From assembly GCA_963723515.1 (NCBI GenBank), contig CAVRQT010000003.1, positions 544,001-608,000 of the forward strand: 64,000 nucleotides of DNA, in the 5' to 3' direction. Both the position numbers and the translations under genes were made by a program. The notes under the pieces are model-generated. The model saw only the letters and a list, made by a program, of their open reading frames with translations, did no database searches and was not told the DNA's origin. Positions 1 to 10,153 of this stretch are shown here, one piece after another; the first letter of the stretch is position 1, and each line of letters begins with the position of its first letter. This DNA comes from Vulcanimicrobiota bacterium (GTDB lineage Bacteria; Vulcanimicrobiota; Vulcanimicrobiia; Vulcanimicrobiales; Vulcanimicrobiaceae).

Positions 1-630
1 CATTGCGCGCTGCCCGCGGCGAAAGATCTCGTAACGATACGCTGATGCCGCTTTTACGGATTCATCGCGGTAGGTTGAGCTCGGCGCGGCCACCACCACG
101 AGCGGTGTCCGTTTCCCGCGCGAATCTGTGCGCACGATCCGCACATCGCTTGTCGCTTGCGGAAACCAGCCGATTTGAATCAAGTGCGGCCCGAGCGGCG
201 CGGCCACGACACGTGTGAACGGCCAAAATCGCGGATCCGTTCGCGCAATTAGCTTTCCTTTGAACGGCGAGTTGCTCGTAACGGTCAAGGAGAGCGGCCC
301 GAGCGTGGTCGTGGTCACGATGGCGGAAGGCTGCCCAAAACGCATGCGCGGCTGCCACTGCATGACGCCGCGGCTCTCTTTATAGTCGAGATCGCTGTTG
401 AGCATGATCTTCGTTGGCTGGTTCTGGGCGTCGAGATAATGCACGACAACGAGCCACTGCGCATTGCCGTCGGGATCAAAGCCCAGCGGCCGCGATTCTA
501 AACGAAAATGCGTTGCCGGATTGCCGGCGTAGACCGGTCCCGTTGGGACGGGTGAAGGCGAAGGCATCGCGGCCGGTGCGGGCGTTAGTTGCGCCAGCAG
601 CTGCCCGAGGAGAAGCGGCAGCCACGTCAT
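1..630 (-). CDS. Secreted hypothetical protein with a possible fibronectin type III-like segment (partial, runs off the left edge)
   Basis: Not in the ORF track. Manual translation from ATG 630 is open to position 1: MTWLPLLLGQLLAQLTPAPAAMPSPSP...SSTYRDESVKAASAYRYEIFRR. It has a signal-like N-terminus, a Pro-rich linker and an FN3-like Y-x-D...Y-x-Y pattern. Confidence 0.7.
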   Translation of the reverse strand, partial: MTWLPLLLGQLLAQLTPAPAAMPSPSPVPTGPVYAGNPATHFRLESRPLGFDPDGNAQWLVVVHYLDAQNQPTKIMLNSDLDYKESRGVMQWQPRMRFGQPSAIVTTTTLGPLSLTVTSNSPFKGKLIARTDPRFWPFTRVVAAPLGPHLIQIGWFPQATSDVRIVRTDSRGKRTPLVVVAAPSSTYRDESVKAASAYRYEIFRRGQRAM

Positions 631-658
631 CGAAGTCGTGACGCCCGCATTCCTGAGT

Positions 659-3445
659 TTAGAAGCGCGACGTCAAGAAGAACTCGATCTCGAGCGGATT
701 CTGCGACGCCGGCGGCCAGAAGTATTGCGTGTTCGGTACTACACCCGGCGGATACGAGAAGACAACGCCGTCGGAAACGGCTCCCGGAACTCCGCATCCG
801 CCGCCGTGTCCGCCGTTATAGCACACGTTGGCTGAGGGCGGTACATCGCCCTTGATGTTGTTCGTGAAGTTTTGAATGCGCATGCCGGCGGTTAGGCCTT
901 TGGTGCCCGGCGTCGTCAAGTCATACGTGAACGTCATGTTCCCGTAGAAGTAGCCGGGCGACGTGTGAATCGTCGTATCGATACCGGGACCCGGCGTAAT
1001 AAGTCCCCCCGTCACGTTGTAGTACGCGCAGCATTGCCATAGCAAATAGGGCATCGCATGAAAGCGTCCGTTATGGTAATCGGCTGTAAACGACACCGAG
1101 TATGGCGGATTGTCGGGGTTTCGGAAGAGCAAGCCGCTCGTGATGTATGTCGTTGGATTGACGAACCCGCCGAATGGACTGAGCAAGTTCAGCGACGACG
1201 ACCAATAGTTTTGGTATGTTCCCGAGAGGAACCACGATAGCCCATTCTCGGCCGGCGGAAGAATCCGATTCAAGCCGATCTCGATGCCGGTATCGCGCGT
1301 CTCGCCATTGTTTTTCGGCAAGCTTTGGCCGGTGAACTTTGGGATACCGTTGACGATCGTGTAATTGCGGACAAACGACAGCTTGCTGGTCGAGTGGTGG
1401 TAGAATGGGCTGATCCGCAACGAGAGCGTCGGATCCAGTTGCCGCTCAAATGAGAAGTCCACGTTGTGATCCTGCGACGGATGCACGTCGGCGCCCGGCG
1501 CAAATGGCGTGCGATTCGAGCCGGTCGCGTTGGTGCCGTCAGGTGACGCGTTGTACACGTACGCGGCCGGAACGAACGTTGAAGTAACCGTGTACGATCC
1601 GCGAATCACCGTGTTCTGACTGGCTGCATAAGAGAATGCGAACCGCGGGTCCCACGCCTGCTTAAAGTAGTTGCCGGCGGGCGTTAAATAATTCATGCCG
1701 TCGTAGCGTATGGATGGCTCGAACGTCCACTTGCCGACTTTTTGCGTGGTACCAAAGTACGCGCTCGGCATGACGAGCGGCCAGTTTACGAGCGTGTAGA
1801 GGTTCGGCCAATTCCCATTGATATCGAATGCGGATCCACCAGCGGGCTGAGCCGAGTTGATCCCTTCACGATCGTAGTACGCTTGCATGTCGTTGTCGCG
1901 CTCGTACTGTACACCCGCGTAATATGAGGACTGCGCATTGGGCGTCCAATCCAGTTCCAGCGTCCCGATGTACATGTTCGAACGCCGGTCGCCGTAGAAA
2001 TCTTCAGTGCCGTTACTTCCACCGAAACCGAGCGCCACATCGCCGGTCTTGCAAGTTCCGCCGCAAACGCTGCCCGGAAGATTCGGGTCGTCGATCGGCT
2101 GATCGAAGATATATTGGTTGAAGTTTTCCGCAAAGCGCAAATAGCCGGCCAACTTATCGTTGAAGATGTGATTCCATTGAATTTTGCCGAGTCCGGAATA
2201 GTGGCGCCATACATTTGCTGCGGTCGGTGGCACCTCGATATATTGAAGACCGGTCGGAGTACCCTTAGAATTGACGCAGGGCTTTCCGCTTACTGAGACA
2301 CCTCCTACGGTTGGAACACCGCCGGGCGCTTGGTATCCCGCACATGGCGCAACTTGCATTGGATGTGTACCGGCCATCGAGTAATCAAAATTGAATGTAC
2401 CGACGCCGTTTTGGATGAGGAATTGGATGTCGTCGCGCTGGTTCGGACGCCAGTGGAAGTTCCCGATCAAATCCTGGGTCTTCACTGGTCCCGGGCCGTC
2501 GGCGATCCCAAAGAGGTTGACCAACGGATAGTAGTACTGCCCCCAATAGTAATCGTTGGCCGTATTGCTCCCATCGAAGGCCACGTACGCGGAATACTTG
2601 TTATCGGGTGTCGCCCAACCATACTCCGCCGTGACGTAATGGCCGTACGTCGGCATGTTCGCGCCGACCGATATTAAACCAAAACCTGGATAGGTGCCGC
2701 GCTTGACGACGCTGTTGAAAACGCCTTGCGCAGCATTCCCGTAACGGGCGCTGTACCCGCCGGTGTAGACTTCAACGGAACTGATTCCCACATTTGCAAG
2801 ATTCGTCGTGAAGAAGCCGGTCAGCCGATCGTTGATCGGAATGCCGTCGAGCTCGTATGACACGTCGGTTGCCAGACCGCCGCGGACACGCGGTTGCGCG
2901 TACATCCCTGAACCGGTGATCCCCGGAACCGATTGCAGATAGTTGTAGAGCGTCTTGTGGAGATTATCGCCGCCTTGCGCGGCGTTAAATTGGGTGGACG
3001 TTAGGTTGTAAACGTCGGCAGTCTGTCCCGGCTGAACGAGATTGGCTGAGCTCCGCGCCGTAACGCGTCCGATCTCGCGCAACGTTGACTTGGTCATCGC
3101 TTGATCGACCGTCGCGGTTTGGTCTTGGAAGACGGTGACGCCCGCGACCGACCGCGGCTCGTACCCTTCATGTTGAAATGAAACGACGTACGTGTCGGGT
3201 GCAAGATTTTGCAATGTGTAAAAACCCGCCGCATCTGTAACGGCCGTCTGCTTCTGCGATGGAGAAGTCGCAGTGATACTGACGTTTGCGATCGGCGCTG
3301 ATGTCGTCGAATCTTTTACTGTCCCGGAAATCGTGCCGGTCGTTCCGGCTGCAAGGCATACTGCCGGCGCCAAGAAAACCGTGCAAAGAAGTAACGGCAG
3401 CGTGCAACCGATGTACAGTGCTTGCCGTTTGATGCTCCGCTCCAT
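659..3445 (-). CDS. TonB-dependent-receptor-like outer-membrane protein with an N-terminal carboxypeptidase-regulatory-like domain
   Basis: Signal peptide from ATG 3445 (MERSIKRQ...CLAAGTTGTISG), GTISGTVKD...TDAAGFYTLQNLAPDTY domain, plug motifs (VPGITG, RVRGG, VEVYTGGYSARYGNA), C-terminal Phe. The ORF-track start at 3703 overlaps the upstream gene. Confidence 0.85.
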   Translation of the reverse strand: MERSIKRQALYIGCTLPLLLCTVFLAPAVCLAAGTTGTISGTVKDSTTSAPIANVSITATSPSQKQTAVTDAAGFYTLQNLAPDTYVVSFQHEGYEPRSVAGVTVFQDQTATVDQAMTKSTLREIGRVTARSSANLVQPGQTADVYNLTSTQFNAAQGGDNLHKTLYNYLQSVPGITGSGMYAQPRVRGGLATDVSYELDGIPINDRLTGFFTTNLANVGISSVEVYTGGYSARYGNAAQGVFNSVVKRGTYPGFGLISVGANMPTYGHYVTAEYGWATPDNKYSAYVAFDGSNTANDYYWGQYYYPLVNLFGIADGPGPVKTQDLIGNFHWRPNQRDDIQFLIQNGVGTFNFDYSMAGTHPMQVAPCAGYQAPGGVPTVGGVSVSGKPCVNSKGTPTGLQYIEVPPTAANVWRHYSGLGKIQWNHIFNDKLAGYLRFAENFNQYIFDQPIDDPNLPGSVCGGTCKTGDVALGFGGSNGTEDFYGDRRSNMYIGTLELDWTPNAQSSYYAGVQYERDNDMQAYYDREGINSAQPAGGSAFDINGNWPNLYTLVNWPLVMPSAYFGTTQKVGKWTFEPSIRYDGMNYLTPAGNYFKQAWDPRFAFSYAASQNTVIRGSYTVTSTFVPAAYVYNASPDGTNATGSNRTPFAPGADVHPSQDHNVDFSFERQLDPTLSLRISPFYHHSTSKLSFVRNYTIVNGIPKFTGQSLPKNNGETRDTGIEIGLNRILPPAENGLSWFLSGTYQNYWSSSLNLLSPFGGFVNPTTYITSGLLFRNPDNPPYSVSFTADYHNGRFHAMPYLLWQCCAYYNVTGGLITPGPGIDTTIHTSPGYFYGNMTFTYDLTTPGTKGLTAGMRIQNFTNNIKGDVPPSANVCYNGGHGGGCGVPGAVSDGVVFSYPPGVVPNTQYFWPPASQNPLEIEFFLTSRF

Positions 3446-3461
3446 AAGACACCCCGTCTGG

Positions 3462-3501
3462 AAAAGAAAAGCGACCGGCGTGGTCCCACGCGCGTTCGCT
3501 T
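3462..3501 (-). terminator. Possible intrinsic terminator between the SIS gene and the receptor gene
   Basis: Minus strand AAGCGA..GCGTG-GGAC-CACGC..TCGCTT followed by TTCTTTT. Confidence 0.45.
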
Positions 3502-3551
3502 GAGGCAAAGTTACCTGAAACGCCGCCGCTTTTCCTTGCGACGCTGCTTGG

Positions 3552-4547
3552 CTAACCGACGTATTTTGAGAGCCCGCGCGGCGCATCGCTCTCGACATGG
3601 CGTGCGCGTCCGACATACAGCGAAACCATTTGCGCCGCAGCCAGCCAAGCGAGCGTATTGAAAGCGTCTCCGACAACCGGACCGAGAAGCGGGATGTCTC
3701 CAATGTGGCCGCCGATGACGTACCGTAAACTCTCTGCCTGCACCGCCTCGACGAGGGGGCGATTCACGACGTTGCGTGATACCTCGTCCACGATGCCGAT
3801 GATGGCGCATGTCGCATCCAGCATCGCCGCGCTGCCGTGGCGAAATTCGCCCGCTGCAAACCCCTCCGCATGAATGTAGCTCGCTTCTTTGAGCTTGAGC
3901 GCAAATTCATTGGCAATTGGAACGCCGTAGCCGGATGCAACGATGACAACGCTGCGACGCCGCGCGATGCGGGCTGCCGCATCGCGCAGTTCATCGATCT
4001 CAGAGCCGTCAAGCCAGCTTCTAACGTCTTCCGCCGTTTCAATGAGGGTGTGCGAATTGCGCGTACTCTTGCCGGCCATTAGACCCGCCGCCCAAAGGAG
4101 TATCGCAGCCATTGCGGTGACGCTCTTGCTCGCCGGCACGGCTACCTCGGGACCTGCACCGACGTCAATGCAAATCGAGGCTCGATCGCAAAGGGGTGCC
4201 TGCGTCGTGTTCGTCAGCGCGATCAATGGGCGCGGCTTTAAGATATCGAGCGCATTGAGCAGATCCGATGAACGGCCGCTTTGAGAGACCGCGATGACCG
4301 CCGCATTGCGGTAGGCCGCGTTGTCCAACAACGCTTCGGTGGCCGCTAGCGCGTGCGCGCGTATGCCTCTGCGCCGCAACGCAAGCGCCCCAAGTTGCGA
4401 CATGAACAGCGAGCTGCCGCTGCCGAGCAAGACGACGTCGTGGGGGCCAATCGCGCGCGCGAGCTGCTCCGCCTTGTCACTCTGCGCGATGCTCCGCCAG
4501 ACGTCCGGTTGCGCTCGGATCTCCTCTTCAAAATGTACGCCCAGCAT
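3552..4547 (-). CDS. SIS-domain sugar-phosphate isomerase/deaminase (GlmS C-terminal-like, no glutaminase domain)
   Basis: EEIRAQP, GSGSS, VSQSGRS, E-x-ALKLKE, EFRHG, and C-terminal DAPRGLSK (compare GlmS PRNLAKS). Confidence 0.85.
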   Translation of the reverse strand: MLGVHFEEEIRAQPDVWRSIAQSDKAEQLARAIGPHDVVLLGSGSSLFMSQLGALALRRRGIRAHALAATEALLDNAAYRNAAVIAVSQSGRSSDLLNALDILKPRPLIALTNTTQAPLCDRASICIDVGAGPEVAVPASKSVTAMAAILLWAAGLMAGKSTRNSHTLIETAEDVRSWLDGSEIDELRDAAARIARRRSVVIVASGYGVPIANEFALKLKEASYIHAEGFAAGEFRHGSAAMLDATCAIIGIVDEVSRNVVNRPLVEAVQAESLRYVIGGHIGDIPLLGPVVGDAFNTLAWLAAAQMVSLYVGRARHVESDAPRGLSKYVG

Positions 4548-4556
4548 GCTTGCAGT

Positions 4557-5819
4557 CTAGGCGCCCGTGAAGGTGATATCGTTAGCGAGCACATCATCGA
4601 GCGTGTCGCGGCGCGCCATCAGACGGTGCTTGCCGCGGCGAACATAGATGACAGCCGGACGCGAAAAACGGTTGTAGTTGCTCGCCATGCTATAGGTATA
4701 GGCTCCCGCCATGGGCATCGCAAGAATGTCGCCTACGGTGACATCTTCGGGTAGACGCGACTCCGTTATGAGATCGTTCTCGCAAGACCGTCCACAGATC
4801 GTCACGCTTTGCAGTTTTGCGCCGGAGACGCGTCCCGCCAATTTTGCGTCCGGCCTTGCGCCGTAGAGCGCCGGACGGGGATTGTCAGCCATGCCACCGT
4901 CGACGATGATAAACGTGCGACGCCGTTGCTGCTTTTTCGCCATCACCCGGTAAAGCGATGTGCCCGCCGGTGCGATCAAGGCGCGCCCGGGTTCGACGCC
5001 GACTTTTGGCGAGGCGAGCCCTGAGGCGGCGCAACGGGACCGAATCTCTTTTGAAATCGCCGCAAGCGTTCGCGCCAAATTGAAGGGTGATCTCTTCGAG
5101 CGACGCGGTGAGACGGGAAAACCCCCGCCGGCGACAACATCCGAAGTGACGAGATGCAAATTGTGGAGTTGCGCCGCCGCTGAAACGAGCCGCGCTGCAT
5201 TTCGAATGAACGCGTTCCCATCAAAAATTTGAGAGCCGATGTGCGAATGCAGACCGCGAAAACGAAGCGCCGGATTCGCGCGGAAAATGTTTGCCGCGGC
5301 AGCAAAATCATCCGGCAGCATGCCGAATTTGCTCTGATCTCCCGACGTGCTTACTAACGCATGCGTGCGCGCGCGAATACCGCTGTTGATTCTGAGCAAG
5401 ACGTTTATTGGGGTCGCTGAAGCGTAAGACGCCAACGCACTCAACTCCGCGAGGTTGTCGACAATAACCCGACCTGCCTCGCCTGCGGCGGCAGCACGCA
5501 GCTCGGCTTCATTTTTTCCACACCCATGGAGATCGATGCGCGATGGCGGGAAACCGGCGCGCTGTGCCGTGGCGAGCTCTCCCAACGAACAGACATCAAG
5601 CCGAAGCGCCGTATGCTTTATGAGTTGAGCCAAGCCGACAAGCAGCAGCGCTTTTCCGGCATAGGCAACCTCGATGCCGGCCCCGTTCGCTGCAGAAACG
5701 AACCGCTCGATCGTCGAGGCAAGCACATCGCCGTCGATGACCAGCAGTGGAGTACCGTATTCTTCGGCAAGCTCAACAGCCGCAATATCACCAAGGCGCA
5801 ACGGCCCGCTGAGGTTCAC
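4557..5819 (-). CDS. lysA: Diaminopimelate decarboxylase
   Basis: YGTPL, YAGKA (PLP Lys), SKFG, HSHIGSQI, GGGF, EPGRAL, DGGMADNPRPALY, CEND, GAYTYSMASNYN. Confidence 0.92.
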   Translation of the reverse strand: MNLSGPLRLGDIAAVELAEEYGTPLLVIDGDVLASTIERFVSAANGAGIEVAYAGKALLLVGLAQLIKHTALRLDVCSLGELATAQRAGFPPSRIDLHGCGKNEAELRAAAAGEAGRVIVDNLAELSALASYASATPINVLLRINSGIRARTHALVSTSGDQSKFGMLPDDFAAAANIFRANPALRFRGLHSHIGSQIFDGNAFIRNAARLVSAAAQLHNLHLVTSDVVAGGGFPVSPRRSKRSPFNLARTLAAISKEIRSRCAASGLASPKVGVEPGRALIAPAGTSLYRVMAKKQQRRRTFIIVDGGMADNPRPALYGARPDAKLAGRVSGAKLQSVTICGRSCENDLITESRLPEDVTVGDILAMPMAGAYTYSMASNYNRFSRPAVIYVRRGKHRLMARRDTLDDVLANDITFTGA

Positions 5820-6655
5820 CCGTGAAGCGCCAATAGCGCTTTTCTTTTGTCTCCTTCGATCGTTGGGCAGAAGAATTGGAGGCCGGATTGCGCGAGGATC
5901 GTTTTGCCCGCTCCGGATAGGATAAACCGCACGAATGCGGATGCCATGTCCTTGTTGGCTGCTCGATCGAGCACCGCAACGGCGTAGGCTGCGCCGGCGT
6001 TGGCGTTGCGCGGCAGTTCGAGCGAGGGAACATTGCGGCTTTGCGCCTCCACCGAATACAAGAAGGCAACATCGAGATCGCCGCTCTCCAAGCGAAGGAG
6101 CAAGTCCTCCTCGGGGAGCGGAGCCGCACTTTCGACCGCCGGCAGAAGCGCTGCATCGTGCGACGGGCGGCTAATTGCGGCAACATCCTGAAGCGTCCGC
6201 GCGCCCTTCGGATCGATCTGGGGATCCGTTCGTCCGATTCGGATGTGCGGCGTCTTCAGCAACGCCGCTACCGATAGTTCTCCTCGCGTTACCCTTTGAA
6301 TTGTTGATGCCAACGTCGACTTCTTCGAATAGCCGAGCACTAAGCGGCTACGGCCGAAGGTTGCGTACCATGAAATCAATGGTGCGCCGGTCGACGGACG
6401 AAGCAGTTGCTGCATCTGCGCGGGATCCGCACTGATGAATACATCGGGATGGCGCAAACCGGCCGCAATCAAGTGAACGAGTGCCTTGCTGCCGCGCCCT
6501 TCGCCGTAATAGGTGCATGCGCAAAGACGCGCAAAATGCGGTCCGACCGATCGCTCCATTGGAGTGACCAGCGAGCCGGCGTATGCGATGTTGAGGGAGT
6601 TTCCCGCGAGCGAGGAGTTCGCTCCAAGCAGCATCGCCAACAACAAGATACGCAT
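5816..6655 (-). CDS. ABC substrate-binding protein, molybdate/tungstate (ModA/WtpA-like)
   Basis: Signal peptide, YAGSL, GRGSKAL, DVFISAD, GRTDPQIDPKG, DVAFLY. Start chosen at ATG 6655. Confidence 0.75.
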   Translation of the reverse strand: MRILLLAMLLGANSSLAGNSLNIAYAGSLVTPMERSVGPHFARLCACTYYGEGRGSKALVHLIAAGLRHPDVFISADPAQMQQLLRPSTGAPLISWYATFGRSRLVLGYSKKSTLASTIQRVTRGELSVAALLKTPHIRIGRTDPQIDPKGARTLQDVAAISRPSHDAALLPAVESAAPLPEEDLLLRLESGDLDVAFLYSVEAQSRNVPSLELPRNANAGAAYAVAVLDRAANKDMASAFVRFILSGAGKTILAQSGLQFFCPTIEGDKRKALLALHG

Positions 6656-6742
6656 GGCTAGCCGTTTTTCAAGCTCGCCGTGCCTTCCCATTTCATGGCG
6701 TCACGCATGAAGCCGCGCCGCTCAGCGCGAAACGTCTTCTTG

Positions 6743-7024
6743 ATGCAAGAGGATGGCAATGGATTGCGCCAAGCGCAAAGCACAAACGGCGTCTTTTCGT
6801 CGGAAACCTCGCGCCCTGATGGTGCCGATAACCAAGGTCACTTGACTCGTACACTGATATGGGTTGGCATCGCCGGACTCTCAGCCGCGCTCGCCTTTAC
6901 GGTGTTGCGTGCGCTGCTCAATCGACAGCCGGTCGATCCAACGAGCCGTCGCATTCAGCAGCTCATCGATGAGGCAAACCAACTCTTGCGCACGCTTGAC
7001 GAGCAGAAAAACACGATCCAGTAA
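6743..7024 (+). CDS. Small hypothetical membrane protein
   Basis: One hydrophobic helix (LIWVGIAGLSAALAFTVL) followed by a coiled-coil-like tail. Start uncertain. Confidence 0.6.
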   Translation: MQEDGNGLRQAQSTNGVFSSETSRPDGADNQGHLTRTLIWVGIAGLSAALAFTVLRALLNRQPVDPTSRRIQQLIDEANQLLRTLDEQKNTIQ

Positions 7025-8375
7025 CGCTCCCGGCGAGCTCGGCCAAGAGATCGAGCTTCGCTTCGACGACTTGCTCTCAAATGGTCAGGCAGTCGGCCGC
7101 GCCGGTGGGATGGCGGTCTTCGTTTTTGGACCACTGCCATCCGAACGGGCAAAGATTCGGATCACGGCGGTTAAGCCGAAGTATGCGATCGGCGAAGTTG
7201 TTACGCTGCTGGAGACATCGCAGAGTCGAGCGGAGCCGTTTTGCCCGGTCTTCGGCATCTGCGGCGGCTGCCAGGTTCAGCATCTCCACTACGAAGCGCA
7301 GTTGGCGTGGAAGCGCAACGTTGTGCGAAGTGCTTTGCAGCGAATCGGCGGCATTAGCGAAGCTGACGTCAAGCCGGTTATCGGAACGGCTCACCCGCGC
7401 GAATATCGCAACAAGATGGCGCTCGTCGTCGACCATCCGAACCATGCGACCGGCTTCGGGTTTTACAAACAGCGCTCGCATGACGTCGTTCCGATCGATC
7501 GTTGTCCGATCGTGCAGCCCGCGCTAAACCGAACGATCGAGAATTTGATTGCGCTAAGGCGTGACCCGAAGACGAGCCCCGCATTTGAGACAGCAAAGCA
7601 CGTCGTGGCCAGAACTTCATTGGCGACCAAACAAAACGTCATCGCCCTCACGACCCGTCAACCGGCTGAAAGCTTGGAAGCGCTCTCGGAGACGCTCTAC
7701 AGACGGTTGCCGGCTACGGCCGGATTAATCGAGTCATTCGATCTTCCGAGCGAAAACGCGATTCTCGGCAGACGCAGCAAGAGCTTAGCGGGCAACGACT
7801 CGATCGAGGAGATAGTCGGCGGACTGCGCTTTAGGATTTCAACCCGCTCGTTCTTTCAAGTCAACGTCGAGATACTCGAGCGCATCTTTGAAGTGATCGC
7901 GCCGCTGGCCGAAAATGCGCGCAAGGTTTTCGATCTCTATTGTGGCAGTGGCGCGTTCGCGTTGTGGTTCGCGAAATTTGGCTGCGCCGTTTTTGGTATC
8001 GAAGAAAATGCAAGCGCGATAGAAGAAGCGCGCAAGAATGCGGGGCTTAACGATGTCGCTTCGCGCATTGAATTTCAGCGAGGGCGAGTCGAAGACGTGT
8101 TGGCGCAGCCAACGGTTAAAGAGCGGCTGCAGGCGGCTGATGCTGTCTTCCTCGACCCGCCACGTAAGGGGACCGATCCACGCGTGCTGGAGGCAATCGC
8201 TGCCGCTGGTGTCGGCTCCGTTTGGTATCTGTCATGCGACCCCGCGACGCTTGCCCGGGACTTGAAGTTGTTGCTACCTAAAGGATATCGGCTCGTGAGC
8301 GTGCAGCCGTTTGATATGTTTCCACAGACCGGTCACGTAGAAAGTTTGGCCGTCTTATCGCAGGTAAAGAAGTAG
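6996..8375 (+). CDS. rlmD: 23S rRNA (uracil-C5)-methyltransferase RlmD/RumA
   Basis: TRAM domain, CPVFGICGGCQ Fe-S motif, YRNK, SFFQVN, DLYCGSG, LDPPRKG, YLSCDPATLARD, DMFPQTGHVES. Start uncertain (TTG 6996 or ATG 6969). Confidence 0.92.
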   Translation: MTSRKTRSSNAPGELGQEIELRFDDLLSNGQAVGRAGGMAVFVFGPLPSERAKIRITAVKPKYAIGEVVTLLETSQSRAEPFCPVFGICGGCQVQHLHYEAQLAWKRNVVRSALQRIGGISEADVKPVIGTAHPREYRNKMALVVDHPNHATGFGFYKQRSHDVVPIDRCPIVQPALNRTIENLIALRRDPKTSPAFETAKHVVARTSLATKQNVIALTTRQPAESLEALSETLYRRLPATAGLIESFDLPSENAILGRRSKSLAGNDSIEEIVGGLRFRISTRSFFQVNVEILERIFEVIAPLAENARKVFDLYCGSGAFALWFAKFGCAVFGIEENASAIEEARKNAGLNDVASRIEFQRGRVEDVLAQPTVKERLQAADAVFLDPPRKGTDPRVLEAIAAAGVGSVWYLSCDPATLARDLKLLLPKGYRLVSVQPFDMFPQTGHVESLAVLSQVKK

Positions 8376-8672
8376 ATGCAATCCGAGGCGATTGACGTTC
8401 GTTACGTCGCAAAGCTGGCCCGCATTGCGCTCACCGATGACGAGGTCGAGCGCTTTGAAAGGGAGCTTGGCGACTTGCTCGCTCACGTGCGCGCGATCTC
8501 GGAGCTCGAAACTGACAAGATTGCGGCGACTGCGCAAGTCGTCGTGCAACGCAACGTCGAGCGCGAAGACACGATCGCGCCGTCCCTGGATCGTAGCGAG
8601 ACCCTTGCGATGGCGCCGGAAGCCGATGGCGTCTACTTCCGCGTGCCGCGTATCATCGCGGAAGAGGTCTGA
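8376..8672 (+). CDS. gatC: Asp/Glu-tRNA amidotransferase subunit C
   Basis: VAKLARI, REDT, FRVPRII; directly precedes gatA. Confidence 0.93.
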   Translation: MQSEAIDVRYVAKLARIALTDDEVERFERELGDLLAHVRAISELETDKIAATAQVVVQRNVEREDTIAPSLDRSETLAMAPEADGVYFRVPRIIAEEV

Positions 8673-10153
8673 TGGCGACAAGCCTGCAGTGGAACGCTGC
8701 CGCCATGGCGCGTGCGGTCAATGCACGCGAGATTTCTGCACGCGAGTTGACGGAAGCCACGTTACGTCACGTCGAGCGGACCGATTCGCATGTCGGCGCC
8801 TACCTGACACGTCTCGATCGAATGGCGTTGGAGATCGCAGATGACGTCGATCGCCGCATCGGCGACGGGTCACAGATGCCGCTTGCCGGCGTTCCACTGG
8901 CCGTCAAAGACAACATGTGCCTGAGGAAGACACGAACGACCGCTGGCTCCAAGATCCTCGGAGAGTGGATAGCGCCCTATACGGCGACTGCTGTCCAGCG
9001 AATGCTCGATGCCGGCGCGATTCCGATCGGCAAAACAAACCTCGACGAGTTCGCGATGGGCAGCTCTTGCGAGAACAGCGGTCTGGGCGTTACGCGCAAT
9101 CCGCTGGATCTGCAACGCGTGCCGGGTGGCTCCAGCGGGGGAAGTGCCGCCGCAGTTGCCTCTTTTCAAGCGGCTATTGGGCTGGGAAGCGACACCGGCG
9201 GATCGATTCGCGAACCCGGCGCCTTCTGCGGCATCGTCGGCTTCAAGCCGACGTACGGCCGCGTATCCCGCTACGGTCTGATCGCCTTTGCGTCGAGCCT
9301 CGATCAAATTGGTCCGCTGACGCGTACGGTTGAAGACACGGCGCTTGCGTACGACGTCATGGCCGGATGGGATACGATGGATTCCACGAGCGTCAATCGG
9401 CCGGTTGAACCGACAGCCGATGCGCTCGGTGAAGATCTTCGCAATGTGCGAATCGGCATCGTCAAAGAATTTCCAACCGCGCCGCTCGGCTCGGATATCG
9501 ATGCGCTCTATCAGCAAGCATATCGCGATCTTGAAGCGCTGGGCGCGAAGCTTGTTGAGGTGTCGCTGCCGACAGCCGACTATGGCGTCGCCACCTACTA
9601 TCTGATTGCGCCGGCGGAGTGTTCCGCCAACCTTGCGCGTTTCGACGGCGTGCGGTATGGATTGCGTGTTTCAGGCGATGACGTTGGAGAGATGTACGAA
9701 GCCACGCGTGCCGCGGGATTCGGACCCGAAGTGAAGCGGCGCGTACTCATCGGCACGTACGCGCTTTCCAGCGGATACTACGATGCCTACTATCTCAAGG
9801 CGCAGAAGGTGCGCACGCTGATCGCGGCCGATTTCGAGCGCGCGTTCGAGCGTTGCGATGCGATCGCATGCCCCGCTGCGTCGTCGCCGGCGTTCGTCTT
9901 CAACGCCAAGAGCGACCCGTACAGCATGTACTTGATGGACTACTACACGATTCCGATGGCGCTCGCCGGATTGCCCGCGCTCTCCGTTCCTTGTGGCACG
10001 GTGCGAGTCGAGGGCGCACCCAACGCGCTGCCGATGGGTTTGCAGCTCTGCACGCCGCTTTTTCAGGAGCGGCGATTGCTCGCTGCAGCGCATGCTTACG
10101 AACGCGCGACGCGCCACGCGCAAGCCCACGTTTTGGCCGCAGAATTGCAATAG
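8672..10153 (+). CDS. gatA: Asp/Glu-tRNA amidotransferase subunit A
   Basis: Amidase signature: KDN, GKTNLDEFAMGSS, PGGSSGGSAAAV, GSDTGGSIR, GFGPEVKRR, LSSGYYDAYY. Confidence 0.97.
   Translation: MATSLQWNAAAMARAVNAREISARELTEATLRHVERTDSHVGAYLTRLDRMALEIADDVDRRIGDGSQMPLAGVPLAVKDNMCLRKTRTTAGSKILGEWIAPYTATAVQRMLDAGAIPIGKTNLDEFAMGSSCENSGLGVTRNPLDLQRVPGGSSGGSAAAVASFQAAIGLGSDTGGSIREPGAFCGIVGFKPTYGRVSRYGLIAFASSLDQIGPLTRTVEDTALAYDVMAGWDTMDSTSVNRPVEPTADALGEDLRNVRIGIVKEFPTAPLGSDIDALYQQAYRDLEALGAKLVEVSLPTADYGVATYYLIAPAECSANLARFDGVRYGLRVSGDDVGEMYEATRAAGFGPEVKRRVLIGTYALSSGYYDAYYLKAQKVRTLIAADFERAFERCDAIACPAASSPAFVFNAKSDPYSMYLMDYYTIPMALAGLPALSVPCGTVRVEGAPNALPMGLQLCTPLFQERRLLAAAHAYERATRHAQAHVLAAELQ

Noticed and set aside
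3500..3545. c-di-GMP-I riboswitch upstream of the receptor (GGCAAA...GAAA)
   Set aside because: The motif is on the wrong strand for the receptor gene, and the remaining consensus is absent.
3446..3703. ORF-track N-terminal extensions (receptor, rlmD, gatB, hslO, aroQ, ABC exporter, PhzF, ppa, DUF72, Nramp, cydB)
   Set aside because: They overlap neighbouring genes and lie upstream of where family similarity begins; shorter starts were used.
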